Shown here piece after piece: positions 28,209 through 37,296 of a stretch of DNA of 64,000 nt (positions within the stretch are counted from its first letter, which is position 1; the number at the start of each line of letters is the position of its first letter). The notes beneath the pieces were generated by a model. The model was not told the origin of the DNA. It did not search any database and saw nothing but the letters and a program-made list of their open reading frames with translations. The position numbers and the translations under genes are program-made. This stretch comes from Chloroflexota bacterium (GTDB lineage: Bacteria; Chloroflexota; Dehalococcoidia; Dehalococcoidales; UBA2162): the NCBI GenBank assembly GCA_043804635.1, contig JAZDIU010000085.1, positions 3,120-67,119 on the forward strand. Reading direction: 5' to 3'.

Positions 28209-29584
28209 CTGACTTTGCCTCTTCTAAGTGAGGCGAAGATTCCCACGAAGCAGAGGATGGCGAAGACAATAAATGCTACCTTCATACTTTTCAGAAAAAG
28301 GGGGTAATATTCAGGAGTAATCTGCACCCGTCCGACGAACAACGAAAAGAGGAACATAACGATTCCCAGGCTGAGCATTTGTCCGATAAGGCGCATCGTT
28401 CCCAGTGTAGCTGAAGCAACTCCGTATAGCTCTTTTCCGATTGAGCTCATTACGGCGTTGGTATTTGGCGATGAAAAGAACCCAAAACCGGTGCCAAGAA
28501 CAACGAGGTCTGCGGCGATTACCGGTAAAGCTGTATCAGCTCCGAGAAAAGCAAGAAGAACCAAGCCGGCGGTGCTTAGTGCCATTCCAATCGAGGCGAG
28601 TACACTCGGCTCGACCCTGTCCGAAAGCCGACCGGCCACAGGTGAAAGGATAGCCATCATCACAGGCTGAGACACTAAAATCAATCCGGCGGTCCTGGGT
28701 TCGAGGCCTCTTGCCTGCTGGAGGTAGAGACTTAGTAAAAAACCGGCAGCAAAGGTTGCACTATAATTAAGAAGCGCCGATAGGTTAGAAAAAGTAAATG
28801 CGGTATTGTTTTTGAAGAGAGCCACTCTGAAAACAGGATGGCTTACTCGCGTCTCCCACCACAAAAAGATAATTAGTCCCAAAACACCGGCTGCTATCAG
28901 CCATAATGCTCTCAATGCGGGCAGTTCCGATAGGCCGTACATAAATACCGTTAGAGATAGCCCGTAAATAATAGAACCGGCAAGGTCGAATTTCTCTCCC
29001 TTCGCCTCAGCCCACTCCCCTTTAAGTTTCCAGCGGATAATCAGAATGATTGCCAGCCCTAATGGGACCGTCGCCCAGAATATGCTCCTCCACCCAAATT
29101 GCTGCACCAAGAGTCCACCTAGAGGAGGTCCCAGGGAAAGTCCCAGGTACACGGTAGAGGCGCTTATTCCCAGTGCCTTGCCCCTTTCTTTCGGGGGATA
29201 AACCGAGATTAGGATGGCGACGCCGGTGCTGAATATCATAGAAATCCCGATTCCTTGTACGACCCGCAGTGAAATCAAAATCATAGCTGAAGGGGCAAAT
29301 GAGATGAGCAGCGATGAGATAGTGTAAATTATTGTGCCCCAGGTGAATATTTTCTTCCGGCCGTAGATATCAGCCAGCCGGCCGAAGGGCAGAAGAAAAA
29401 CCGCCGCTGTCAGAATAAAGACGGTCGCTACCCAGCCTAGCAAAATGGCATCCATGGAAAACTCTCTGCCGATAGCGGGTAGTGCGATGTTGGTGGAGGC
29501 ACTAATAAACGGGGTAATAAAAGAAGATAAGGCGGCTACAAAAAGTGCCGCAGTTTTACTGACGGGGTTGCTGGTTTGGCTCAA
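28205..29584 (-). CDS. MFS transporter (DHA2/EmrB-like)
   Basis: NIALPAI, GRLADIYGRKK, FGWRSIFW, FFSSPNTNAVM. TTG start. Confidence 0.92.
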   Translation of the reverse strand: MSQTSNPVSKTAALFVAALSSFITPFISASTNIALPAIGREFSMDAILLGWVATVFILTAAVFLLPFGRLADIYGRKKIFTWGTIIYTISSLLISFAPSAMILISLRVVQGIGISMIFSTGVAILISVYPPKERGKALGISASTVYLGLSLGPPLGGLLVQQFGWRSIFWATVPLGLAIILIIRWKLKGEWAEAKGEKFDLAGSIIYGLSLTVFMYGLSELPALRALWLIAAGVLGLIIFLWWETRVSHPVFRVALFKNNTAFTFSNLSALLNYSATFAAGFLLSLYLQQARGLEPRTAGLILVSQPVMMAILSPVAGRLSDRVEPSVLASIGMALSTAGLVLLAFLGADTALPVIAADLVVLGTGFGFFSSPNTNAVMSSIGKELYGVASATLGTMRLIGQMLSLGIVMFLFSLFVGRVQITPEYYPLFLKSMKVAFIVFAILCFVGIFASLRRGKVR

Positions 29585-29732
29585 TTATGACCTCAGATGA
29601 AGGTAAGACAATGAAGTATTATATCACTTTTAGAGTCGAATCTTAAGTCTGAAAAATGCAGAATCACAGCTTAGTCAAAAGATAGATTCTAACCTGCTCC
29701 GGCAATAACAGTAGAAAGAGGTTGCTTTAGTG

Positions 29733-30380
29733 CTACCGTTTCTTGGGCAGGATAACCACCCGGCGTGATTCGCCCTCTCCGGTGCTTTCCGTATAGACGT
29801 CGGGATTGTTCGCCAGAGCGAGGTGAATGACGCGCCTTTCATTAGACGGCATTGCCTCGAGAGTAAACGACGTTCCTCTGGATTTCACCTGGTCGGCGAG
29901 ACGAAGGGCAAGGTTTTCTAACGCCTGATACCGGCGCTGCTTATAACCTTCGATGTCAATTACTACAGGCACTTGCATCTTAGTCTGGTGACTCAAAATG
30001 AGCCGGGCGATGTACTGAAGAGAAGCGAGTCCCTGTCCTCGTCGTCCTATTAGGATACCCAGATCGTCGCCTTTGATGTTAACAGTAACCGGAACATCAC
30101 CAGTCGATGGCCCGGCTTCAACCGTCCCGCTGACATCCATCAGCTTCAGTAGAGTTTCCAAAATTTCTTTCGCCTTTCCAGCGATATCGCCCTGTTCTTT
30201 CGGCAGGGTCTTTCGTTCCACTCTGACCACAGCTTCTTCACCGCCTAGGCCCAAAAAACCGCCGGACTTGCCCTCTTTGATAACCGTGATGTTTACTTCT
30301 TCCTTGCTGACACCCAGTTCGTCCAGGGCACGCTTGGTGGCTTCTTCAACGGTTTTTCCGCTCGCTTCCAGATTTTCCAT
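29733..30380 (-). CDS. jag: Jag/EloR (KhpB) RNA-binding protein
   Basis: GKTVEEA N-terminal domain, KH motif LIGRRG, R3H motif ERRVIH. Follows yidC. Confidence 0.95.
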   Translation of the reverse strand: MENLEASGKTVEEATKRALDELGVSKEEVNITVIKEGKSGGFLGLGGEEAVVRVERKTLPKEQGDIAGKAKEILETLLKLMDVSGTVEAGPSTGDVPVTVNIKGDDLGILIGRRGQGLASLQYIARLILSHQTKMQVPVVIDIEGYKQRRYQALENLALRLADQVKSRGTSFTLEAMPSNERRVIHLALANNPDVYTESTGEGESRRVVILPKKR

Positions 30381-30425
30381 AGATTCCCCCTATTTAGGAC
30401 GGCACCTGATTGTGAAGGAAGGTAG

Positions 30426-31208
30426 TTAGCGAGATGCCGGTCCCTTAATTTTCTTCTGACCGCCGGTCTTTTGTCCAAATGACGGCAGTTTCAATCCACC
30501 CCATCCCGTAACGAAATATTGCATAACGATACTGATAATATTAGAAATTACCCAGTAAAGAGCTAAACCGCTCGGAAATTGTAAGGTAAGATATGCAAAC
30601 ATTAATGGCATTATCCAGAGCATCATCTGTGCCTGCTGTTGCTGCCTGGGGTCGGCGTTGGGTAGCATTGTCATTTTCTGCTGTATCCACATAGTGACCC
30701 CAACCAGAATAGGCAGAATTAGCCAGGCGTCGGGCATAGCTAAATCTAACCATAGGAATTTTCCATCCAGAGGAACTGTGGAAAAGACCAGCGACCACGA
30801 GGAGTAAAGGTGGCGGGAAAGGTTCAGAAAATCCTCTGGTGCTATGGCTGAAACGCGAATAATTGCCTGGTACAGGGCTATCCAGATTGGCATCTGAATT
30901 ATCATCGGCCCCAGACAGCCGGTCGGGCTCATTCCGGCTTCCTTATATAGCCGCATCTGCTCACGGGCTAGCTGTTGTTTATCCCGGCCGTACTTCTTCT
31001 GAAGTTCAGCCATCTTAGGCTGGATTGATTGCATAGCCTTGGATGATTGAAGTTGCTTAAACGTAAGGGGATACATTAAAGCCCGGATGACAATGGTGAG
31101 AACAATGATGGCTAAGCCGAAGTTGCTCCACAAATAATGGGAAACAACGATAAGGACGTTTATCAGCGGAGAGAGAATAATTAAGTCCCAGATTTCTCCG
31201 ATTCCCAA
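30426..31208 (-). CDS. yidC: Membrane protein insertase YidC
   Basis: FGLAIIVLTIVIR, IQPKMAELQKKY, GCLGPMIIQMPI, PSGLALYW. Confidence 0.96.
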   Translation of the reverse strand: MGIGEIWDLIILSPLINVLIVVSHYLWSNFGLAIIVLTIVIRALMYPLTFKQLQSSKAMQSIQPKMAELQKKYGRDKQQLAREQMRLYKEAGMSPTGCLGPMIIQMPIWIALYQAIIRVSAIAPEDFLNLSRHLYSSWSLVFSTVPLDGKFLWLDLAMPDAWLILPILVGVTMWIQQKMTMLPNADPRQQQQAQMMLWIMPLMFAYLTLQFPSGLALYWVISNIISIVMQYFVTGWGGLKLPSFGQKTGGQKKIKGPASR

Positions 31209-31253
31209 GCTCTTACCTCACTTACTACTTAATATGGTTAAATCACAGGAAAA

Positions 31254-32387
31254 TTACTTGAGGGCAAATTCTTTTATCGCCCCCGACACAGCATCCACCG
31301 CATAGAGCGTATCTTTAGCCGTATGAACGTAGACAGTATTACCACCTACTCCAAGCGCAGCGAAAATTTGTCCCCCCGGATTAGCTAGCTGCTTCTTCTC
31401 ATTACCAATAATGTTCAAACCGTAAACGAATCCGGCTTCGGTAGCCACCACGACCCGATTGCCGGCGACAACGGGTGAAGAGCTGATGGGGCTGCTCAAG
31501 TCAAACTCACCGAGCTTAGTCCCGTTTTCAGCGTTCAGGACATAGACTCTGCCATCGAGATTTGCAGCATAAATGGCGCCATCGAAAACCACCGGTTTAG
31601 CCCAGAACCAGTTTTCCGCTTTGAATTTCCATTTAAGACTGCCGTCAGCGGCATTAACCGCATAGAAATTACGGTCGAAAGAGCCGATGTAGACCGTGCC
31701 GTTATAGACGAGAGGCGTTGCCACATTGGCGCCTTCGGTCTTGAATTCCCATTTTTTACTGCCGTCAGCAGTATTTAGCGCGTAAAGTTTATCGTTAAAA
31801 GAGCCGATATACAGGGTGTTGCTATCGATAGCCGGCGTAGACCAAATCTTATCTCTGGCATCGAAGACCCATTCCTCGTAGCCGTCCGCTACGGTCAGGG
31901 CGTACACTTTTCCGCCGGTAGTCCCGAAATATAATTTGTCCTGAGCGATAACCGGACTGCCGATTATGGCTCCCAGCAGGCTGTTTTGGCGGGGGTAGAC
32001 CCACTTCGGTTCGTCCCGGCCCACATGGAAAGCGTGAATCATACCGCGCTCGCCGCCTCCGATGCGGAAGTAGCTGCCGATGTAGACCAGATTATCGCTC
32101 ACCGCCGGAGAGCCATAAATAGCTAAATTGGGCGATGATGATGCACAACCGAAGCCCCCAGACGTCTTTTCGGAGGTTGTTACCCCCACTACCCACGAAC
32201 GGCTTCCCTGCATATCGAAAGCAACGAGACGGCTGTCCATAGAACCGATAAACAGCTTATCGCCGGATACTGTTCCGCCAGACCATCCCCTGGGTACAGC
32301 GCCGGTATTTGCACAACCCACCACACTTATCCCAACCAGCATCACGGCAACCAGTAGAAGCAATATCCAGTTAAACTTCTTCTTCAA
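31254..32387 (-). CDS. PQQ-like beta-propeller lipoprotein (BamB-like repeats)
   Basis: Lipobox VVGC; repeated S.P.....VYIGS.D..YA.NA.DG..KW.F. Confidence 0.88.
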   Translation of the reverse strand: MKKKFNWILLLLVAVMLVGISVVGCANTGAVPRGWSGGTVSGDKLFIGSMDSRLVAFDMQGSRSWVVGVTTSEKTSGGFGCASSSPNLAIYGSPAVSDNLVYIGSYFRIGGGERGMIHAFHVGRDEPKWVYPRQNSLLGAIIGSPVIAQDKLYFGTTGGKVYALTVADGYEEWVFDARDKIWSTPAIDSNTLYIGSFNDKLYALNTADGSKKWEFKTEGANVATPLVYNGTVYIGSFDRNFYAVNAADGSLKWKFKAENWFWAKPVVFDGAIYAANLDGRVYVLNAENGTKLGEFDLSSPISSSPVVAGNRVVVATEAGFVYGLNIIGNEKKQLANPGGQIFAALGVGGNTVYVHTAKDTLYAVDAVSGAIKEFALK

Positions 32388-32415
32388 TTATCGATTTACT
32401 CCAGCAAGAATATAT

Positions 32416-32625
32416 TCAAGGAACTGGGTCGTAACCTCCCGGATGCAATGGGTGACACCGAGCGAGTCTTTTCACTCCCAGCCAGATACCTTTCAAAAGA
32501 CCATAACGGGCAACGCTTTCATAGGTATATTGAGAACAAGTCGGCACAAAACGGCAGGACGGCGGTTTGACCTGGGAAAGGGTCGATTGATAAATCTTGA
32601 TTAATTCCAGTGCAACCTTTTTCAT
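32416..32625 (-). CDS. yidD: Membrane protein insertion efficiency factor YidD
   Basis: CRFVPTCSQY, RCHPLHPGGYDPVP. Confidence 0.96.
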   Translation of the reverse strand: MKKVALELIKIYQSTLSQVKPPSCRFVPTCSQYTYESVARYGLLKGIWLGVKRLARCHPLHPGGYDPVP

Positions 32626-32630
32626 TTATC

Positions 32631-32972
32631 TTAGTTAAGCGGGGTTTCGAGGAATCCCGCTTTTTTTAACAAATTCTCAATAATACTCTTAAGCTCGGCA
32701 TATTTGGCCGTAGCCGCCGCCTGACGAGCGATAAATACGATGTCCCAGCCAGCTTTTATCGGCAACTGCCGTGTGATTTCACGGAGGCGGCGTTTTACTT
32801 TGTTCCTGACTACCGCTGTCCCGATTCGCCGGCTAACTGAGAAGCCATACCGTGAAAAACCTATGGAATTCGGTAAAGTTCTTACCACTACCAGACCGGA
32901 TGCCCAGGAACTACCTCCGGTATAAACTGATGTATACTGTCCCGGTTTGGTAAGGTATTCTTTACCTCTCAC
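32631..32972 (-). CDS. rnpA: Ribonuclease P protein component
   Basis: RYGFSVSRRIGTAVVRNKVKRRLRE. Confidence 0.96.
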   Translation of the reverse strand: MRGKEYLTKPGQYTSVYTGGSSWASGLVVVRTLPNSIGFSRYGFSVSRRIGTAVVRNKVKRRLREITRQLPIKAGWDIVFIARQAAATAKYAELKSIIENLLKKAGFLETPLN

Positions 32973-32973
32973 A

Positions 32974-33114
32974 TTAGACGACGGTCGCCTTCCAGCGGCC
33001 CTTGAGCCGTCTCGCTTTCAGGACGTCTCGTCCCCCTCGAGTGCTCATCCTCTTTAAAAAACCATGCTCACGCTTCCGTGGAATTTTTTTCGGTTGATAA
33101 GTCCTCTTTGGCAC
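32974..33114 (-). CDS. rpmH: 50S ribosomal protein L34
   Basis: [26 protein letters not shown] start at 33114. Confidence 0.96.
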   Translation of the reverse strand: MPKRTYQPKKIPRKREHGFLKRMSTRGGRDVLKARRLKGRWKATVV

Positions 33115-33165
33115 TTTAACTCCCCCCTGAGAAATAAAAAGGAGAATAGCCTGCAATTAGGCGGG

Positions 33166-33504
33166 TTATTCGCTCCTGCTTAAAGCCTGTACCCTGAATG
33201 TATGAATCGTCGTATAGGGTAATAGAGCTATCTGTCGAGCCCTTTTGATAGCAATTGCCAGGGTGCGCTGGTGTCTGGCGCATGTCCCACTTTTCCGGCG
33301 TGGCTCTATTTTACCTGAATCAGATATAAACGCTCTTAGCTTATCGGGGTCCTTATAATCGATTACGGCAGTCTTGACTGCACAAAACGGGCAGACGCGC
33401 CGTTTTGGAGCAAATCTTGCCCCGCCTCTTCCCGCACCAACTTTCGAATCAGCCGATCTGGCCGGTCTTTTATTTTCGGTTCTATTTTCCATTCTTCTTT
33501 CCAT
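33166..33504 (-). CDS. rpsR: 30S ribosomal protein S18 (Zn-binding form)
   Basis: CPFC, IDYKD, GKIEPRR, CARHQR, AIKRAR, LLPY. Confidence 0.96.
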   Translation of the reverse strand: MERRMENRTENKRPARSADSKVGAGRGGARFAPKRRVCPFCAVKTAVIDYKDPDKLRAFISDSGKIEPRRKSGTCARHQRTLAIAIKRARQIALLPYTTIHTFRVQALSRSE

Positions 33505-33513
33505 TCCTCACCG

Positions 33514-33915
33514 TTAAAACGGGATATCTCCCGGTTCTAATTCGCCGCCGCCTTCCTCTGGCTCTTCGGTCATAGCGGCCGCAGCTTGTTTATCGAGAAA
33601 CCTAACGCTATTGGCAACTACTTCGTTTCGGGAATGTTTTTGCCCGTCCTGGCTTTCCCAGGTGTGTGTCCTGAGTCTACCCTCGACATAAACGAGTCTG
33701 CCTTTGTTCAAGAATTGATTACATTGTTCAGCCAGTTTTCCCCATGCGACTACAGTAAACCATTCCGTTTCTTCTCGGCGCTCACCGGCGGCGGTAGTGT
33801 ACCGCCAGTTGGTGGCGACAGGAAAGGAAGTTACCGGTTTGCCGCCCGGAGTAAAACGCATCTCTGGTTCGGCACCAAGATTGCCGATTAATATCATTTT
33901 ATTCAGACTGACCAT
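33514..33915 (-). CDS. ssb: Single-stranded DNA-binding protein
   Basis: NKMILIGNLG, ETEWF, VYVEGRL, C-terminal DIPF. Confidence 0.97.
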   Translation of the reverse strand: MVSLNKMILIGNLGAEPEMRFTPGGKPVTSFPVATNWRYTTAAGERREETEWFTVVAWGKLAEQCNQFLNKGRLVYVEGRLRTHTWESQDGQKHSRNEVVANSVRFLDKQAAAAMTEEPEEGGGELEPGDIPF

Positions 33916-33940
33916 AGGCTTTTAAAGGCTCCTCTTACTT

Positions 33941-34249
33941 TCACGCTTCCACTTTTATGAGTAAATGGCGAAGAATGTTTTCAGAAATCGCCAGCTCTTT
34001 TTCCAGTTCTTTGCCTGAAGCCGGCTTCATCTTGAACTTAGCCAGAACATAATTACCTTCTGCATAATGCTTGATGGGATAGGCTAATCTTTTCTTGCCG
34101 CGTCGTTCTATCTCGGAAACAGTACCCGCCCGGTTTGTTATTATCCGGTTAATATTCTCTACAGCAGCATCCAGTTTCTCCGCATCAAACTCCGGTTTGA
34201 TAACTACCATCATCTCATAATCGATTAACTCGCTAGCTTCGTTGGGCAC
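33941..34249 (-). CDS. rpsF: 30S ribosomal protein S6
   Basis: YEMMVVIKP, GKKRLAYPI, ILRHL. Confidence 0.96.
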   Translation of the reverse strand: MPNEASELIDYEMMVVIKPEFDAEKLDAAVENINRIITNRAGTVSEIERRGKKRLAYPIKHYAEGNYVLAKFKMKPASGKELEKELAISENILRHLLIKVEA

Positions 34250-34325
34250 TTCTAACTCTCCAAAACGGTTTTACTGGATTATAACACACAAAAGGAATGA
34301 TTGCCAACACCAGCTATGCTGAACT

Positions 34326-34361
34326 AAATCCGAAGCACGAAATTCGAAACCCGAAACAAAT
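34326..34361. repeat. Degenerate heptamer repeat (AAATCCG/AAATTCG type)
   Basis: TAAATCCGAAGCACGAAATTCGAAACCCGAAACAAAT. Similar tracts at 25664 and 49303-49398. Confidence 0.6.
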
Positions 34362-34376
34362 GGTTATGATTTCAGA

Positions 34377-34940
34377 TTACGAATTTAATTCGAGCCTCAT
34401 CAGGGAGTAAGTACCATTTCCCCATTTCTTTGGTTTGACTAGCTTGAAGCCGTTTTCAAGGTAAAGTATGGTAGGCCCCGAAGCATTACTGGTTGAATCG
34501 TCTCGCGAGTAGGTTTCCAGAGCCTGATAGCCCTTTTCTCTCAAATCTTCGATTACGGCTTTGAGCAGTTTCGTGCCCAATCCTTTACCCTGATAAGCCT
34601 GGTTGATATAAAGGCACGAAATTAAAATTCCCTCTGGGTCCGGGGGAAATAGCTCCCGGGAGTATTCGGTAATCTTGTTGAAAAATTTAGGGGGAGCATA
34701 TTGAACGAATCCAGCCGCCTTGCCATCGACGTAAAGGATTTTGCCGCAGGTGCCGAACTTCCGACCTGTCTTTTCGAACCAGCCCTGCTTGATTTCAATG
34801 GCTTCGGATTCTGAGACCATCGGTTTATCTCCCTCGTCTTTGCCGGATTTTTCCGGTGCTTCCCAGTAGAGACAGCTCTGGCAGGGAGCAAGTAATTCTT
34901 TAAAAGTATGCTCGTTAATATCTTTGATTGCTATTTTCAA
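34377..34940 (-). CDS. GNAT family N-acetyltransferase
   Basis: CQSCLYWE, ISCLYI, YQGKGLGTKLL acetyl-CoA motif, YLENGF. Confidence 0.85.
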   Translation of the reverse strand: MKIAIKDINEHTFKELLAPCQSCLYWEAPEKSGKDEGDKPMVSESEAIEIKQGWFEKTGRKFGTCGKILYVDGKAAGFVQYAPPKFFNKITEYSRELFPPDPEGILISCLYINQAYQGKGLGTKLLKAVIEDLREKGYQALETYSRDDSTSNASGPTILYLENGFKLVKPKKWGNGTYSLMRLELNS

Positions 34941-36555
34941 ATATACGACTCCGCTAGCTCAAAATATTTTCGGGCAACATTAGAACCCTTGTTTTTTCAT
35001 CTGACAGAATATGGGGGTCGTCGAGCTTAAAGCCTTCAACCTTGCCTCTAACATAAGCTCTGTAGCACTTGTAGAAATTGAGTAATTTAGAAATGGTTTT
35101 GTCTTTGCTGAAATCGATGTAAGCTTCAAAGAAGTTGCGGGAGAGGTTGGAATGTCCATAGTGGTCTAAGTCCATCGCCAGAAAGGCAATCTCCGAAGCC
35201 ACATCGCAATAGCGGAAGCGGTCGTTGAACTCGATGCAATCGTAAATGCAGATACCATCGGCTTGCCCTGAGTTTATTGAAGGGGTAAAACAGATGTGAG
35301 GAGCATGAAGGTCGCCGTGGCAGTCTCTTATCTTGCCACCGTCTACGCGCCGTCGAAACAGGGGAGCGTTGTCTTTGATAAAATTCCGGGTATAATTCGC
35401 AATGCTCTGATAGCTTTCCCGGGAGACAGTCCTGCCGACATATTTATCGGTCTGGCTGAAGTTTTCCTCTGTATTCTGAGTGATGGTAGCCAGTTCGCCG
35501 AAGGCGCTGATAGCGGCGTTAGTTTCCGCCTTTTTATGGAAATCCGCTAGCTTCTGAGCAACTTTCGTTAACATTTCCGGCGATACATTATTTCGAGCCA
35601 GCAGGACGTCCATCATCCCCTCTTTAGGAAGGCGGCGCATCTTCACCGCATATTCCATAATTTCCCCCTTGCCGGCTAATAAAATGTCCTGCTTGTCTTT
35701 AGTGATTGGGACTACTCCTAAATAGGCATCGGGGGCTTTGCCCTAGAAGTCGTAATTTTCGAGGACTTTCGGGGCAACTGCCATTTTTGCCTCAGAAGTC
35801 CAGAAAGTCGGCTCAAGCCCTAGTTCGTAAATAGATTGTATCAGGACACAGATATTATGGCAAAGAACCTTACATAGAACCTCATTAACCTGAGCGATAG
35901 GCATCTTTGCTTTAACCGAAGCTCCGAATTTTGCCTTTATCATACTGAAAGCAGTCTCGATGTTAGACCGCTTATGATAATGAGCCAAGAAGGCATCCCG
36001 ATTGAAGTTGTAGTAATGCACATTCGATTCCAGAGACCATCGAACTTATGATGATGGTCGCCCATTCCAGTCGAATTAACTTTGAACGGGATATAAGCCA
36101 CACCGCCTACTGCTTGCACAGTATGGAGATTACGCCTGTCAGTGTAAGCTTTGTCAGCCGATACCTCATTGATATTAAAAGTTTCGGCTGTTTTGTTTAC
36201 CAGTGGAATGAATTGGAGATTATCAGAGGACTCAAACGGAGTAGCTTCTACACTGATAACAACGTGAGTCTTAACACCGCACATAAGGTGAGTCTTTACC
36301 CAAGTCTGCTTACTGCGTTCCTTGCCGTATTTGTGGTCGAACCAGCGAGCGTATGTGCTGGCAGAAATAGCGGCGCTGGTCTAGGGTAGAATAATCCAGA
36401 TAGCCCAAGTTTACCGGCTTCTTTACCTTGTAAACGTAATTGCCTGCCAGAAAAATAAAGGACATCTGGGTTTGCATCAGCTCTACCTGTTCGGGAGCTT
36501 CGGGGTATAGCTTGGGATTCAACAATGCTTGAACAAGCTCCGGTAGCTCTGGCAT
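34937..36555 (-). pseudogene. Aminoglycoside-phosphotransferase/kinase-like gene, split by a transposase fragment and frameshifted near its 3' end
   Basis: The 5' part (QTQMSFIFLAGNYVYKVKKPVNLGYLDYSTLDQRRYFCQ) stops at about 36357. It resumes at about 35733 with PDAYLGVVPI...YAVKMRRLP...RDCHGDLH...DCIEFNDRFR. The apparent native end NVARKYFELAESYI* lies in another frame. Confidence 0.82.
35734..36357 (-). mobile_element. Truncated, frameshifted DDE transposase (IS4/IS5-like) remnant
   Basis: RWFDHKYG...WVKTHLMCGVKTHVV...SADKAY, then a frameshift at about 36020, then YHKRSNIETAFSMIKAKFG...CHN. The N-terminal half is missing. Confidence 0.82.
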
Positions 36556-36561
36556 TATTTC

Positions 36562-37086
36562 TTACCTCTCTGCGGCTTCCAGCCATTTTAGTAACTCTTG
36601 AAGCACTTCTGGCTGATTGTTTCTGGTTACAGTAATCAGGTTTACCTGCGGTTTTTGTTTGATGGCATCGGCGAAGGGATTAGGGTTGAGCATTATGGTA
36701 CCCAGAGTTTTTTTACCGCTCTCAAGCAGCTCAAGAACGGTCTTTTTGAAACTGGCGGAAAACAGTTCCATCTTACCGATTTCATCGATGACGATTAAAT
36801 CACTTTGCCCGGCGGCACGTTCCAGTGCTGAAACACCGACCCTGTCCAGAGCATCAAGGTCGACTCCATATTTGCTCACCCGGTAGGGACTCCGGATATT
36901 TATGTGAGCCAGTATTACTTCCTCACCTTCGAGAGTAATCAGCTTGAAGCCCTCTCTTACACCGCGGCTTCTAATTTCTTCGGTGTAGAAACCGCCGGCT
37001 TTACCCTTCATCCGGGCGATTGCTTGTTTGATGAGGCTGGTCTTGCCGGTGCCGGGACGTCCGGTAAGCAGATGGACCTGCTTCAT
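36562..37086 (-). CDS. THEP1-like NTPase
   Basis: LTGRPGTGKT, GGFYTEEIR, IDEIGKMEL. Confidence 0.92.
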   Translation of the reverse strand: MKQVHLLTGRPGTGKTSLIKQAIARMKGKAGGFYTEEIRSRGVREGFKLITLEGEEVILAHINIRSPYRVSKYGVDLDALDRVGVSALERAAGQSDLIVIDEIGKMELFSASFKKTVLELLESGKKTLGTIMLNPNPFADAIKQKPQVNLITVTRNNQPEVLQELLKWLEAAER

Positions 37087-37110
37087 ATTTTACCACTCTG
37101 GATTGGGTGA

Positions 37111-37209
37111 CTATTTTTCGGAAGCGGTCGGTTCGGCTTTCCGCTTTAATTCCAGCTTCTTTACCTTGCGGCGGTGTTTGTTGACAGCTACTCTTCTTGC
37201 TTTATTCAT
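37111..37209 (-). CDS. Small Lys/Arg-rich peptide (32 aa)
   Basis: MNKARRVAVNKHRRKVKKLELKRKAEPTASEK. Fills the gap before the NTPase on the same strand; weak RBS. Confidence 0.45.
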   Translation of the reverse strand: MNKARRVAVNKHRRKVKKLELKRKAEPTASEK

Positions 37210-37296
37210 CTTTTCTAATATACCTTATGTCGATAGTCTATGTCCATTAAAAGGGGGCGAATAACTTCTTAGATAACCCTTGGGGCAGCAATGTCT

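Noticed and set aside
33114-34330. oriC near rpmH
   Set aside because: No dnaA/dnaN and no cluster of TTATCCACA boxes; rpmH is directly preceded by rpsR.
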